From Candidatus Rariloculaceae bacterium (lineage in GTDB: Bacteria; Pseudomonadota; Gammaproteobacteria; Steroidobacterales; Rariloculaceae): a stretch of DNA of 64,000 bases. The notes under the pieces are model-generated. The model searched no databases, was not told the DNA's origin, and worked only from the letters and a program-made list of their open reading frames with translations. Within the stretch, counting starts at the first letter, position 1. Each line of letters opens with the position of its first letter. Position numbers and translations under genes: made by a program. The stretch is taken from NCBI GenBank assembly GCA_045561025.1, contig JBJKYM010000021.1:4312-68311 (forward strand), written 5' to 3'. Below, in pieces: positions 53,297 through 63,344 of the stretch.

Positions 53297-54244
53297 ATGG
53301 GATCCGTGATACATAAAAGAACGCTCAGAAACGCATTGCTCTCGCTCGCCGTTTGGGGCTTGGCGAGTTTAGGCGCCGGCCAGGACATCGATCGCAGCGC
53401 CCGGGTGATTCTGGTCTCTGGTGCAACGGGCACACAAGGCGGTGCTGTTGCACGTGAACTCGTCAGTCGCGGCTACACGGTGCGCGGACTCACGAGGAAT
53501 CCGGATAGTGAGGCATCCGGGGCGCTGACTGCTCTCGGCGTGCAGATGATGCGTGGCGACTTCGATGATGCGGCGTCGCTGGATGCCGCTTTGGACGGTG
53601 CGTGCGGCGCATTCTCGGTCCAGCAGTATCGAGGCGTCGGAGTTGAGGGCGAGATACGCCAGGGAAAGGCCTTCGCCGACGCAGCCGAACGCGCCGGTGT
53701 TGAGCATTTCATCTACACATCGACGTTCGCGACACCGCTGAACACCGGCGTGCCTCAGTTCGAAAGCAAAGCGGAGATCGAGGACCACGTTCGATCCCTC
53801 GATACACCCTATTCGATCGTCAGGCCACGCGCCTTCATGTCGAACCTGGAGGGCGCACGAGAGGCGGCCGAAAATGGTGTTTATCGTACGCCCTACCCGG
53901 CGGACCAGGTGTCCTACACGATCGAGCCCGCGGACATCGGACGAATCGTTGCGGAGGCATTCGACAATCCTGATGAATGGATCGGACGGGAACTCGAGAT
54001 CGCAGGGGATGAGATCTCCAATGCCGATGTCGCCGCGACCATGAGTCGCGTGCTGGGAAGTCCTGTCGTCTACGAACAGATCCCCTGGGCAGAGTTCGTT
54101 GCAGCGGCGACGCCAACCGTCATCGCCCAGGTCGCCTGGTCCCTGGAGAACAGCGCGTCGGAAGATATAGACGGTCTGCGACAAGAATTCCCATGGCTAC
54201 TGACCGTGGAGGACTATCTGATCAGCGCAGACTGGAACGAATAG
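53297..54244 (+). CDS. NmrA/HSCARG family NAD(P)-binding protein
   Basis: VSGATGTQGGAVA, LTRNP, GDFDD, E..QGK..ADAA..AGV.HF, F.SK..IE, DIG. Confidence 0.92.
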   Translation: MGSVIHKRTLRNALLSLAVWGLASLGAGQDIDRSARVILVSGATGTQGGAVARELVSRGYTVRGLTRNPDSEASGALTALGVQMMRGDFDDAASLDAALDGACGAFSVQQYRGVGVEGEIRQGKAFADAAERAGVEHFIYTSTFATPLNTGVPQFESKAEIEDHVRSLDTPYSIVRPRAFMSNLEGAREAAENGVYRTPYPADQVSYTIEPADIGRIVAEAFDNPDEWIGRELEIAGDEISNADVAATMSRVLGSPVVYEQIPWAEFVAAATPTVIAQVAWSLENSASEDIDGLRQEFPWLLTVEDYLISADWNE

Positions 54245-54299
54245 CACGCGATCCATTGAGATGGCGATGCCACCGTCACCATTTGCCGCTATCTGCTCA

Positions 54300-55271
54300 T
54301 CAGTCGCGTTCGCGCTTCGGGCTATCCAGCCGCCATTCTGTCCCGGTCGTAAGGCAGAACGACTCGAGTTCTGCCAGTGTTGCCAGTGACGACTGCGCGC
54401 CCATCCGGGTGGCGGCGAACGTTCCAGCCTGAGATGCCATCAGCACGGCTTCGGAGAGCGGCAAGCCGAGACCCCACCCGCAGGCCAATGCGCCGCAGAA
54501 CGCGTCGCCCGCTGCTGTCGTATCTTCAGCGTTAATCTGAGTGGCAGGCACGAGGACCGCACCCGACTCATCCGCCAGCAGCGCGCCGTCCGCTCCCATC
54601 GTAATGATCGCGCACGATGGCCCCATGCCGAGTAGAGCGCTTGCGGCTTCCCGGGCAGAAGTTTCGTCGGCAATGCGGATCCCCGTCAGGCCTTCTGCCT
54701 CCGAAGCATTCGGCTTAATACAGGTGATGTTTCTGAGTAGTGACTCGGGCAGTGCGCCCTCGGGTGCCGGTGCCGGATCCAGAATGACCGGGACGCCGGC
54801 TTCTGCAGCAATCTCTGCAGCACCCGCGACGACACTCATCGGCAACTCCAGTTGCATCACCAGTACGTCCGCCTCGCGAATCGCGGCTGCAGCACCCTCG
54901 ACGTCGTCTTCATTCATCGCATGATTCGCACCGGACGCCACGGAGATTGCGTTCTCTCCGACCTCGTCAACGAGAATCAGCGCGACGCCGGTCGCGTTAT
55001 TCGAATCGCGAACGATCAGATCAGTATCGATGCCGACTGCCTGATAACCGGCGATCGCCTGGTCGCCGAACGAGTCAGAGCCGACCCGGGAGATGAACCG
55101 GACGGCGGCGCCGAGACGCGCCGCGGCAACTGCCTGGTTCGCGCCTTTACCACCTGCTGCGACGAAGAACTCACCGCCGACCACCGTCTCACCCGGTGTG
55201 GGAATACGGCCCGACTTGACGACCATGTCGGTATTGGAACTACCGACGACTACGATTTTGACCTTGTCCAT
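54300..55271 (-). CDS. rbsK: Ribokinase
   Basis: VVGSSNTD, GGKGANQAVAAARLG, GEN.I.V.SGAN, QLE, DPAPA, PN..E, DTTAAGDAF. Confidence 0.96.
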   Translation of the reverse strand: MDKVKIVVVGSSNTDMVVKSGRIPTPGETVVGGEFFVAAGGKGANQAVAAARLGAAVRFISRVGSDSFGDQAIAGYQAVGIDTDLIVRDSNNATGVALILVDEVGENAISVASGANHAMNEDDVEGAAAAIREADVLVMQLELPMSVVAGAAEIAAEAGVPVILDPAPAPEGALPESLLRNITCIKPNASEAEGLTGIRIADETSAREAASALLGMGPSCAIITMGADGALLADESGAVLVPATQINAEDTTAAGDAFCGALACGWGLGLPLSEAVLMASQAGTFAATRMGAQSSLATLAELESFCLTTGTEWRLDSPKRERD

Positions 55272-55320
55272 CATCTTATAACTACACCGTGCGCAGGTGA
55301 ACGAGGGAATACCGCTTCGA

Positions 55321-56319
55321 CTACGCGCCTGCCGCGATGATCAGGACCAGACCCAGAATAAAGCTGATAAACATCATACTGATGAGTCGGCTCGTTCCGG
55401 GGGGCGCGTCTCTGAATTCTTTCCAGACGAAGACGCCCCAGAATGCAGCGACCATCGTCGCTCCCTGACCGAGTCCGTAGGAGATCGCGGGCCCGGCAAC
55501 GCCGAACGCAATAATGGAAAACAGCATGCCAACGGACCAGATCATACCGCCCGCGACGCCCCAGACGTGATCCCTGCCGGCACCCTGAAAGTACTGTGCC
55601 GGGGAAATCGGTTCGCCATCGAACGGCTTCAGCATGATGATCGTATTGAGTACAAAGTTGCTCAGCAAAATTCCCAACGCGAAGAAGACCATGGCTGTAT
55701 ACGGGCTCAGCATTCCCGCCCGCATATCGACGAAATCCGGCGACATCGCAGATGCCACGAAACGATAGAAGAAACCCATCAGAATGCCGCACAACACCGC
55801 CAGGCCGAGGCCGAGCGCGCCGCGCGAACCACCCCGCCCCGGTAGCCGCCGGTACGCCATCGCATCGAGAACGATCGCGACAGCCACGAGACCCACGCCG
55901 ACAAAGAGCATCAACGGGTCGCCCTGAGGTTGAGCGACGTAATTCACGACAACACCGATAACCAGCGCCATGCCGATACCAACCGGAAACGCGACGGCCA
56001 TGCCTGCGAGCGCGATGGCCGCGACGAGCAGGATATTAGCGATGTTGAAGACGATGCCGCCGATGACTGCGGAGATAAGATGACTGCTCGAGGCCTGAGC
56101 CAGATCTTCGAGAAACCCGCGTCCCTCGGAGCCCACACTGCCTAAGGTAAACGCAAACAGAAACGCAGCCAGCAGGACGCCGATGACGTAGTCCCAGTAG
56201 AATAACTCGAATCGCCAGGTCTTACCGGCAAGCTTTTGCGTGTTCGCCCACGACCCCCAACAAAGCATGGTGATAACGCAGAAGACAACGGCCACGGCGT
56301 AATTTTGCAATACAAACAT
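55321..56319 (-). CDS. GRP/DMT-type sugar transporter (probable ribose uptake)
   Basis: TMLCWGSWANTQK, RFELFYWDY, GMAVAFP, AISYGLGQG..MVAA.WGVFVWKEF; 10 TM. Confidence 0.85.
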   Translation of the reverse strand: MFVLQNYAVAVVFCVITMLCWGSWANTQKLAGKTWRFELFYWDYVIGVLLAAFLFAFTLGSVGSEGRGFLEDLAQASSSHLISAVIGGIVFNIANILLVAAIALAGMAVAFPVGIGMALVIGVVVNYVAQPQGDPLMLFVGVGLVAVAIVLDAMAYRRLPGRGGSRGALGLGLAVLCGILMGFFYRFVASAMSPDFVDMRAGMLSPYTAMVFFALGILLSNFVLNTIIMLKPFDGEPISPAQYFQGAGRDHVWGVAGGMIWSVGMLFSIIAFGVAGPAISYGLGQGATMVAAFWGVFVWKEFRDAPPGTSRLISMMFISFILGLVLIIAAGA

Positions 56320-56320
56320 A

Positions 56321-57835
56321 TCAGTCGTCCGAATCGGTACCCGGTATGTACCAGAGATTATTTTCCAGATCGACGCCGCCGCCGATCTCTTCCTGCACGA
56401 CCCTATCGACGATCATCACGCCTTTCTCGGCCATAGCCTGAAACGTATCGATGCCATCGTTCGGAAAACCGCCGCGTGTCCTGTGAATGTCGTAGCGATC
56501 GGCGAGCGTCTGGCCGAATGCACTCTCGACTCCCTCCCGGCCGATCATGAAGCCGAGCAGTCCACCCCATGTCGCGGCGGGATTGTCCGAGTCCCAGCCC
56601 GCAAGAGACGCGATCTTGACGGTTTCCTGGTAGTCACCTTCGCCGTATAGCAGGCTGACGATGCTCGCGGCGAAGTTAATACCTGCAGCGAAGCAACCGT
56701 TGCAGCGTACGAAACTGTTGTAGAAGGGATTGTCAGCAAGGTCGCTATCGGCAGGTGGCGCCTTCGTCGATGCAATGTCGTAGCCGTCAAGCTCTGCGAC
56801 CTGGTAACGCAAATAGACTTCATCCCGTGCCTGCTCCCAGGGAACACCCGACTCGTAACGGCTCTTCACAAAATCGTACATTTTCGCCGTATAGGAGTTG
56901 TCAGGCAGTCGAAGCCGCGCGGTATCCGCCATCCAGAATACCTGGTCCTTAACGGATAAATCCTGATCAACCAATGACGCCAGCGAATGCATCTCCACAT
57001 AAAACTCTGCCGCCCATTCTGCGTTCTCGTAGGCCGTTACTCGGATCGGCAAATGCGCCATCTCTAGTGCGACATCGGGCCGCGCAGGCGCGAACAGGCC
57101 GAAGATCTCAGTCGTCAGCTGAGCATCGATCATGTCGTAGAAGAAGTTGTTCGCAGGATCGCTGGTGGCAGGCGGCACCAGCCCGCGTTCGAGCATCAGG
57201 TCCTGTGCCTCCTGATTCGAAACCCAGAGAAAGTTCTGCGGGTTACCGTTACCGTCAGTGAACGGCGAATTCTCGTCAGAATAAATATGAGTGAGCCAAC
57301 CGTCTCGAATCTGTTCGCCGCTGAGTACGCTGGTCTGATGTTCGAATAAAAGATGCTGGTAGATATATTCGATATCCGTATCGTCGTCGGCGCCCCAGAT
57401 TTGAGAGTCACTTCTTAACACCCAATCAATCGTGTCGAATATCTCGCCCGAGCCCAGATCGACGCCTATCCTTCCCATGAAATTTCTCTGGTCAGGCTGG
57501 CCCCAGTCGTCCCGCGTATAGAAAGCGCCGCCCGTCGGTCCATCGCCACCGATCTTATCCATCTCGGTCACCCGCCCGGTCCAGTTCGCAATGGACTGAC
57601 CGAGCCAGAACCCATGAAGCTTCTCGAGATAGGCCTGTCGCGAGACGACGTCGTCGTCTGCGGCTGGAGCATAGGTAACGTACTCAAGCGATGGATTCTG
57701 CAGAGTCACGTCGTCGGCAGACGAGACGGTCGCGTTACCAGTTTGTTGCTTGCCCTGAAGTGACGAGTCGCCACAACCTGACAAGATCAGCGCGACCATC
57801 GGAAACGCATAGATGAAAGCTTCTACTCTTCTCAT
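56321..57835 (-). CDS. ADP-ribosylglycohydrolase family lipoprotein
   Basis: Lipobox LSGC; ADDDTDIE, IDAQ, GWDSDN.AAT.GG..G motifs. Confidence 0.85.
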   Translation of the reverse strand: MRRVEAFIYAFPMVALILSGCGDSSLQGKQQTGNATVSSADDVTLQNPSLEYVTYAPAADDDVVSRQAYLEKLHGFWLGQSIANWTGRVTEMDKIGGDGPTGGAFYTRDDWGQPDQRNFMGRIGVDLGSGEIFDTIDWVLRSDSQIWGADDDTDIEYIYQHLLFEHQTSVLSGEQIRDGWLTHIYSDENSPFTDGNGNPQNFLWVSNQEAQDLMLERGLVPPATSDPANNFFYDMIDAQLTTEIFGLFAPARPDVALEMAHLPIRVTAYENAEWAAEFYVEMHSLASLVDQDLSVKDQVFWMADTARLRLPDNSYTAKMYDFVKSRYESGVPWEQARDEVYLRYQVAELDGYDIASTKAPPADSDLADNPFYNSFVRCNGCFAAGINFAASIVSLLYGEGDYQETVKIASLAGWDSDNPAATWGGLLGFMIGREGVESAFGQTLADRYDIHRTRGGFPNDGIDTFQAMAEKGVMIVDRVVQEEIGGGVDLENNLWYIPGTDSDD

Positions 57836-57973
57836 TATTATTTTTACCCTCAGATCCAAAACCTGAATTATCCCGAGTATAGTACTACTCATCGAAATCA
57901 CTGGCACGGAGCATCTTGTTCTCGTGCCACTCAGTCCGCTGAAAACAATAGCCCTTCAGGGGTACAAGTTAGG

Positions 57974-58960
57974 ATGATCATGAGATTTGCAACGTGTTTC
58001 CTCTCGCTCGCTGTACTGCCGGTAATCGTGAGCGCCCATCACTCCTTCTCTATTTACGACAGGTCAGTAGTCCACGAGCTTGAGGGCGAGCTGGTTGGCG
58101 TGCGCTGGCGCAATCCGCACGTGATGTTTACCGTCCGGGCGGAAGACGACGACGGGCAGCTTCAGGATTGGGAAGTCGAATCAGCAGCCGTCTACGTAGT
58201 CGAGAGATCCGGCGTGCAGGAAAGCATGCTCGATGGAGTTGAGTACGTGAAAATAGCCGGTTGGCGCTCTCGGGATAATTCGACAATGCAGGTCACGAAT
58301 ATTCTGCTACCCGACGGCAAGGAAATTCTGCTCTCGGCTCATGTAAGCGAGCGCTGGTCGGATGATGTCGCCGGTGGGCAACTCGCAGGCGAGCGCGTCA
58401 ATCGCGCGGAGCTCGATCTGTTTCGGGTCTGGAGCATTGAGGATATTGGCGGCTACGGTCGATCGGTAGAGGAAAGCGATATCATCCTGACCGATTCGGC
58501 GAAAGCCATCCTGGCCGCCTCGCCCGAACTCGATGTCTGCGACCCACAGGGCATGCCCGCGATCATGCGAAATCCTCTTCCGATTGAATTCGTCGATAAC
58601 GGCTCAACGATCGAGCTGCAAATGAATACATTCGGCGTCGTGCGAACGATCCACATGAGTGACATAGCTGATGAGGCGACGATACCGCTCTCCAAGTTCG
58701 GTTACTCGGTCGGCGAGCGCACGGGCGATACGCTGGAAGTTCGCACGACTCGCGTGGGCTGGCCCTATTACGACGACAACCGAACGCCACAGTCAGAGAA
58801 CGTCGTGATAACGGAAGAGTTCACGCTCGTCGATGACAAGACACGCCTGAACTATAGCGTGACCGCTACCGATACCGATTCGTTCATCGAGCCTATAACG
58901 ACGCGCTGGTATTGGGCGGATATCGGTGAAGGCGATGTAGAAATTACCAGGTGCGAATGA
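57974..58960 (+). CDS. DUF6152-like exported two-domain protein (paralogue 5)
   Basis: VSA|HHS..YD, RWRNPH; CDPQGMP.IM.NP.PIEF, RTIHM, GYSVG, WPYYD, EEFTL, RCE. Confidence 0.8.
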   Translation: MIMRFATCFLSLAVLPVIVSAHHSFSIYDRSVVHELEGELVGVRWRNPHVMFTVRAEDDDGQLQDWEVESAAVYVVERSGVQESMLDGVEYVKIAGWRSRDNSTMQVTNILLPDGKEILLSAHVSERWSDDVAGGQLAGERVNRAELDLFRVWSIEDIGGYGRSVEESDIILTDSAKAILAASPELDVCDPQGMPAIMRNPLPIEFVDNGSTIELQMNTFGVVRTIHMSDIADEATIPLSKFGYSVGERTGDTLEVRTTRVGWPYYDDNRTPQSENVVITEEFTLVDDKTRLNYSVTATDTDSFIEPITTRWYWADIGEGDVEITRCE

Positions 58961-58995
58961 CGCGCGCCGCCGGCTGTAACAAAGGAGTTCGTCTC

Positions 58996-60441
58996 ATGTT
59001 GAATGCCAAGTTCATTCCGGGCGTCCTACTCACGACGACGCTTCTTTCGAGCAGCCAGATATTCGCACAGGCATTGTTCGAAGCGGACGTCGAATCCGTT
59101 CGCATCATTGGTTCCGGCGAACGCTATTCGCCACGCCAGAGCATCGCCCCGGGCGGCGGATCCCGACACACGGCGAACTACGACGTTACCGTGACCTGGA
59201 ACCCAGCAGACTGGCAGGCACGTGAAGAGTGGGTCATGCATACGATCTACCCCACCGATACGACGCTCGAATTCACGATGACCTACGACGAGACGAAAGG
59301 TCTCAACGACGGCCGGGATTCTTTCTTCTTATCCGAGGCACGAACCATTCCTATGGGTGCCGCGCGCATCGGCACGAACTTCAAGGACCTCTGGCTTACG
59401 AACCCGATCATCCTCGGCGCGCATGCTGACTCGTCGTTGCCCGCGACGCGGATCTCGCTGAACGGCAAGCCGATGGATCGCGTCCTACTGTCGGCATTCG
59501 ACACACAGTGGGTCATGATTATCGATCCGGACACCGGTCTTCCCGCCGAGGTCATTACGACCGAGGTCGACCCGAATAATGCACAGGCGCCCAACCGGGT
59601 CATCTTCTCGAACTGGCGGGATGTCGCCGGCGTTCCGTTTCCATTTCAGGTTGAACAGTATGTGAACGGGAAGATCATGCGTCGCGAAATTCGTTCGTCG
59701 ATCGAACTGAATCCCGGCCGTGTGAACCTCGATGCGCTCGACGATCTGGAAGAAACGGATGCAGAGATGCGTGAGTGGGGCTGGGCACGATCTCACCTGC
59801 TGCTCGGCCGGGCAGGCCTCGGCGGTCCGGAAGACAACCCACAGATATCCAATGTCGTGTTCAACGAGGTTGGTCCCGATATCTATCAGGTGGCGGGGGG
59901 CGGTCACCACGGACTGGCGATCATAGGCCCTGACGGTATCGCGATGGTCGACGCACCCTGGTTCCCGGAGCGTTCCGCGACAATTCTTGGGCAGATGGAG
60001 ATGCGCTGGCCAGGGCTGCCGGTGCGCTACATTATTCTGACTCACCACCATATCGATCATACCGGCGGCTTCAGGGGATTCGTTGAGGCCGGCGCAACGC
60101 TGGTCGTTCACGAGGACGCCGTGCCTTTCTACGACAACGCACTCGAACTCGCGGGGCATACGAATACGCGGGCAGTCTCGGTACGCGATCGCGCGACGCT
60201 GAACGGCATTGGTCGCGAGATAGAGGTGGTGGAAGTCCTGACCTCGCATACCGACGCTGCGGTCGCCACCTACGTGCCCGATACCAAACTGCTGTTCAAC
60301 GCCGACCTGTTCTCGCCGGGCCGACAGCTGCAATTCACAACCTGGACGAATGAACTACTCGACTCCGCGCGTTATCACGGGCTGGACGTGGAGAGGCACG
60401 TTGGTGGTCACGGCGCAGGCTACGGCCCGGCGCCAGAATAA
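58996..60441 (+). CDS. Exported protein with a C-terminal MBL-fold hydrolase domain
   Basis: AAGGAG RBS, signal peptide; THHHIDHTGG, SHT, NADL, GGHG. Confidence 0.87.
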   Translation: MLNAKFIPGVLLTTTLLSSSQIFAQALFEADVESVRIIGSGERYSPRQSIAPGGGSRHTANYDVTVTWNPADWQAREEWVMHTIYPTDTTLEFTMTYDETKGLNDGRDSFFLSEARTIPMGAARIGTNFKDLWLTNPIILGAHADSSLPATRISLNGKPMDRVLLSAFDTQWVMIIDPDTGLPAEVITTEVDPNNAQAPNRVIFSNWRDVAGVPFPFQVEQYVNGKIMRREIRSSIELNPGRVNLDALDDLEETDAEMREWGWARSHLLLGRAGLGGPEDNPQISNVVFNEVGPDIYQVAGGGHHGLAIIGPDGIAMVDAPWFPERSATILGQMEMRWPGLPVRYIILTHHHIDHTGGFRGFVEAGATLVVHEDAVPFYDNALELAGHTNTRAVSVRDRATLNGIGREIEVVEVLTSHTDAAVATYVPDTKLLFNADLFSPGRQLQFTTWTNELLDSARYHGLDVERHVGGHGAGYGPAPE

Positions 60442-60486
60442 TCTCGTAGACAAATAACTCAACCAGAAATTACTCGGAGCGAAGTC

Positions 60487-61479
60487 ATGACAGCATCCGC
60501 TAGCCACAGAAAGCTTATCGCCTTGCCGATTCTTATCGGAAGTACGTTGCTTTTAACGGCACTCCTGGCTCAGTCCGCTGATCCGGAAGCAATCGCTGCG
60601 GCAAGAGCGGGCGTTCGCGACCTCGGCAAGAACTGGAATGCCGAAGTCAACGTTGCTACTCAGGCGCTTTATATGGATCTGCAGCGTTCCGCAGACCGTT
60701 CCGGCGTTAAAGCGACGATGGATGTCAGTTATGGGCCTCAGGAACTACAGGGCATGGACATCTATATTCCGGAAGCAGCCTCGGCGGATCCGTTTCCTGT
60801 TGTGGTTTATATCCATGGCGGCGCGATGGTCCGGGGCAACAAGATCAACGCCAACTCCGAGGGTTTGATTTCCAGCAACATCCCCACATTTTTCGCGCGC
60901 CACGGGATGATTGGCATTAATGCTAACTACCGTCTCGTGCCGGAGGTACAGTGGCCGGCAGGTCCCGACGACCTGCGCTCAATACTGACCTGGGTCCGCG
61001 AGAACATCGAAGACTACGGTGGCGATCCCAATGCCGTCTTCCTGATGGGTAATTCGGCGGGCGGGCGCCACGTCTCGAGCTATCTTTATCACGAAGCCTC
61101 GCACTTCGATGACGGCCCCGGCGTAATCGGCGCAATGCTCAGCTCCGGCTCCTACGGCGCGTCCGATTCTGAATCGCAGCTCGCCTACTATGGCGAAGAC
61201 GCGGCCGTACGTGCGAGCCGTGTGCCCCTCGGTCTCGTAGACGCCTATGACGGCCCGGAGATCCCGGTCTTTCTATGGAGCGCCGAGTTTGATGTCGCAG
61301 GCATCGAGGTGCCGATTGGGGCTATGTACGCGAAGTTATGTGCGAAGTACGAAGACTGTCCGCGCTTCACCCAGTTCCAGGGACACAATCACGTTTCCCA
61401 CATCATGAGCCTCAACTCGGCAGACGATGAGGTCGGTGTGGCCGTGATGGAGTTCGTTGATTCCGTTATCGCACGTTAG
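60487..61479 (+). CDS. Exported alpha/beta hydrolase (HSL-like esterase)
   Basis: YIHGGA, NYRL.P, GNSAGG nucleophile, AEFD, HNH.S. Confidence 0.9.
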   Translation: MTASASHRKLIALPILIGSTLLLTALLAQSADPEAIAAARAGVRDLGKNWNAEVNVATQALYMDLQRSADRSGVKATMDVSYGPQELQGMDIYIPEAASADPFPVVVYIHGGAMVRGNKINANSEGLISSNIPTFFARHGMIGINANYRLVPEVQWPAGPDDLRSILTWVRENIEDYGGDPNAVFLMGNSAGGRHVSSYLYHEASHFDDGPGVIGAMLSSGSYGASDSESQLAYYGEDAAVRASRVPLGLVDAYDGPEIPVFLWSAEFDVAGIEVPIGAMYAKLCAKYEDCPRFTQFQGHNHVSHIMSLNSADDEVGVAVMEFVDSVIAR

Positions 61480-61533
61480 GGCAACTCGCATCGAACACGG
61501 CCGAAAGAGGCCGTCTGCTACGGGAGAGATCGC

Positions 61534-62196
61534 ATGTCTGTTGATCGATTGAAGTGGGCCATTCCCGGCGTCGTCCTGTTCCTCGCAGGTTGCGGGTCGG
61601 AAGGCTCAGGCAGTACAGGCGGCGGAAACATCATTACCGGCGAGGGTATTCCGAACCCGTTGCCGGTGGTCAGCACTCAGTGGGGCGAGCTGCCTGTGGG
61701 GCGCGCCCGGGGGCACACGGCGGGAATCGATATTGATCCCATCGATGGCCATATCTGGGCCTATGAGCGGTGTGGCGCCGGTGGTGGCGCGGCCGGGCCG
61801 GCCGCCGGAAACGTTAACTGCGATACGAATCCAGTGGATCCGATCTTCAAGTTCGATCGCAACACGGGCGAAGTGCTGGCCAATTTCGGCGACGATACGC
61901 CGGGCGACGTTACCGGACTTTCGTTTCCGGCCTACCGCGAAGAGGCAGCAAGATTACTCGTTGAGCAACGTGGAGTCGCGCTTTTAGGCGTCGATACGGC
62001 AGCGATTGATTACGGCGCTTCAGCGGACTTCGTCGTCCACCGAATCGTTGCGGAGCGCAACGTCGCTGCGCTCGAAAACCTTACCGGTCTCGACGCACTG
62101 CCACCATCAGGATTTACTGTGTTCGCGCTACCGATGCGAATTGGCGGAGGCTCCGGCGCACTGGTCAGAGTCATTGCGCTCGTAGCGCGCGATTAG
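61534..62196 (+). pseudogene. In-frame chimera: NHL-repeat lipoprotein N-terminus fused to a cyclase-family C-terminus
   Basis: LAGC lipobox, WGELP.GR..G..AGIDIDP.DGHIWAYERCG...IFKFD..G.VLANFG, then FP....AA..L...GVDT..ID...VH...ENL..LD.LP..G...ALP..I.GGSG..VR. Confidence 0.75.
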
Positions 62197-62276
62197 CGCT
62201 ATGTAGCGGGTCGCCGGGCTTACAGCACGCATGCACTATTCAGCATGCTGACGCCCGCGTACCATCGTGACCGGGG

Positions 62277-62759
62277 TTAGAGGCCGATAACCGCCATGCC
62301 GGCGCGCACGGCCTGGGCATCTTCGTGACCCCGGGCTCCACTCGCGCTGAACGCGCCCAAGACCTGGCCGCCTCTGCGCAGGATCAGCCCGCCATCGTAG
62401 GGAAGTGCTCCCTCAATCTCCTCAACTCGCCCTTCCTCGACTGCGGCAACATAATCGGGAGTGTCCATGCCGGACGTGATGACTGTGTTCACCTTGTTCA
62501 TCGCGATGTTGTAGTTGCGGGTAGGCACGCCGTCCATCCGCCGCACATAGATCGGTGTGCCCTCGGCGTCTGTGATGACAAACGCGAGATTCCAACCATT
62601 ACTGCTGGCCTCAGCCTCGGCAGCGTCCACCGCGGCTTTGGCTTCCGCATTAATGATTCGTGGAGCAGGTGCATCCTGGGCCTGCGCCTGCTGCAGAGTG
62701 GGGACGATCGTCAGCGCCAGTAGCGCCACTGCAAATCCGGTTATTCTTGTTAATCTCAT
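62277..62759 (-). CDS. Exported GlcG/HbpS (DUF336) heme-binding family protein
   Basis: AGGAG RBS, signal peptide; D..G.....RMDG, A.NK..T, GG......G..LGA...SG.....D. Confidence 0.88.
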   Translation of the reverse strand: MRLTRITGFAVALLALTIVPTLQQAQAQDAPAPRIINAEAKAAVDAAEAEASSNGWNLAFVITDAEGTPIYVRRMDGVPTRNYNIAMNKVNTVITSGMDTPDYVAAVEEGRVEEIEGALPYDGGLILRRGGQVLGAFSASGARGHEDAQAVRAGMAVIGL

Positions 62760-63064
62760 TTCTTTCTCCTGACTAAACTCGTGAAACTCGAACGCCAAAG
62801 CGGGTCTCTCCCGATGTACACGTCGCTCGAGTGCTTAATGACAACTCAGAGCCAAGTTTCGCCCAAAAGAACCGCGCGAAGCAATAGGGGTCCGACGCCG
62901 CGACTGTCACGTCGGGTCGGGACGAGACGAGGCAACAAATGATGCTCGCTGGCCGAAAGCATCCGTTGAAGTAATCCTTAACGTAGCGATTCCGAACGTC
63001 TCGTTTTCACCCGAAAGCGGGCGTTAGATCCGGCCGACCGGAGTTCTTCGCATCCAGAACTTTC

Positions 63065-63344
63065 TCATTCGCCGTCCGCGTCCTTCAGGAAGTCCAGGAT
63101 GTGCCGATTGAACTCCTCGGGTTTGTCGAGGTTGGAGAAGTGGCTCGCACCCTCAATCGTCACGAACTTCGCATACGGAATCTTCTCGACCGTCGCTTCG
63201 ACGGCATTCATTACCGGATCGTCGGTCCCCGCCATGACCAATGTAGGCACCTTTATCTCCCCCAGCCTGTCACCGATCGGGTCGGCACTAATCAGCGACC
63301 AGCCACTGTGCGCGTAACCGTTCGCGTCGCAATCGAGATACATC
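63065..63344 (-). pseudogene. Alpha/beta hydrolase C-terminal fragment cut by the IS
   Basis: LGEIKVPTLVMAGTDD...IEGASHFSNLDKPEEFN; the reading frame runs into the IS end at 63345. Confidence 0.82.
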
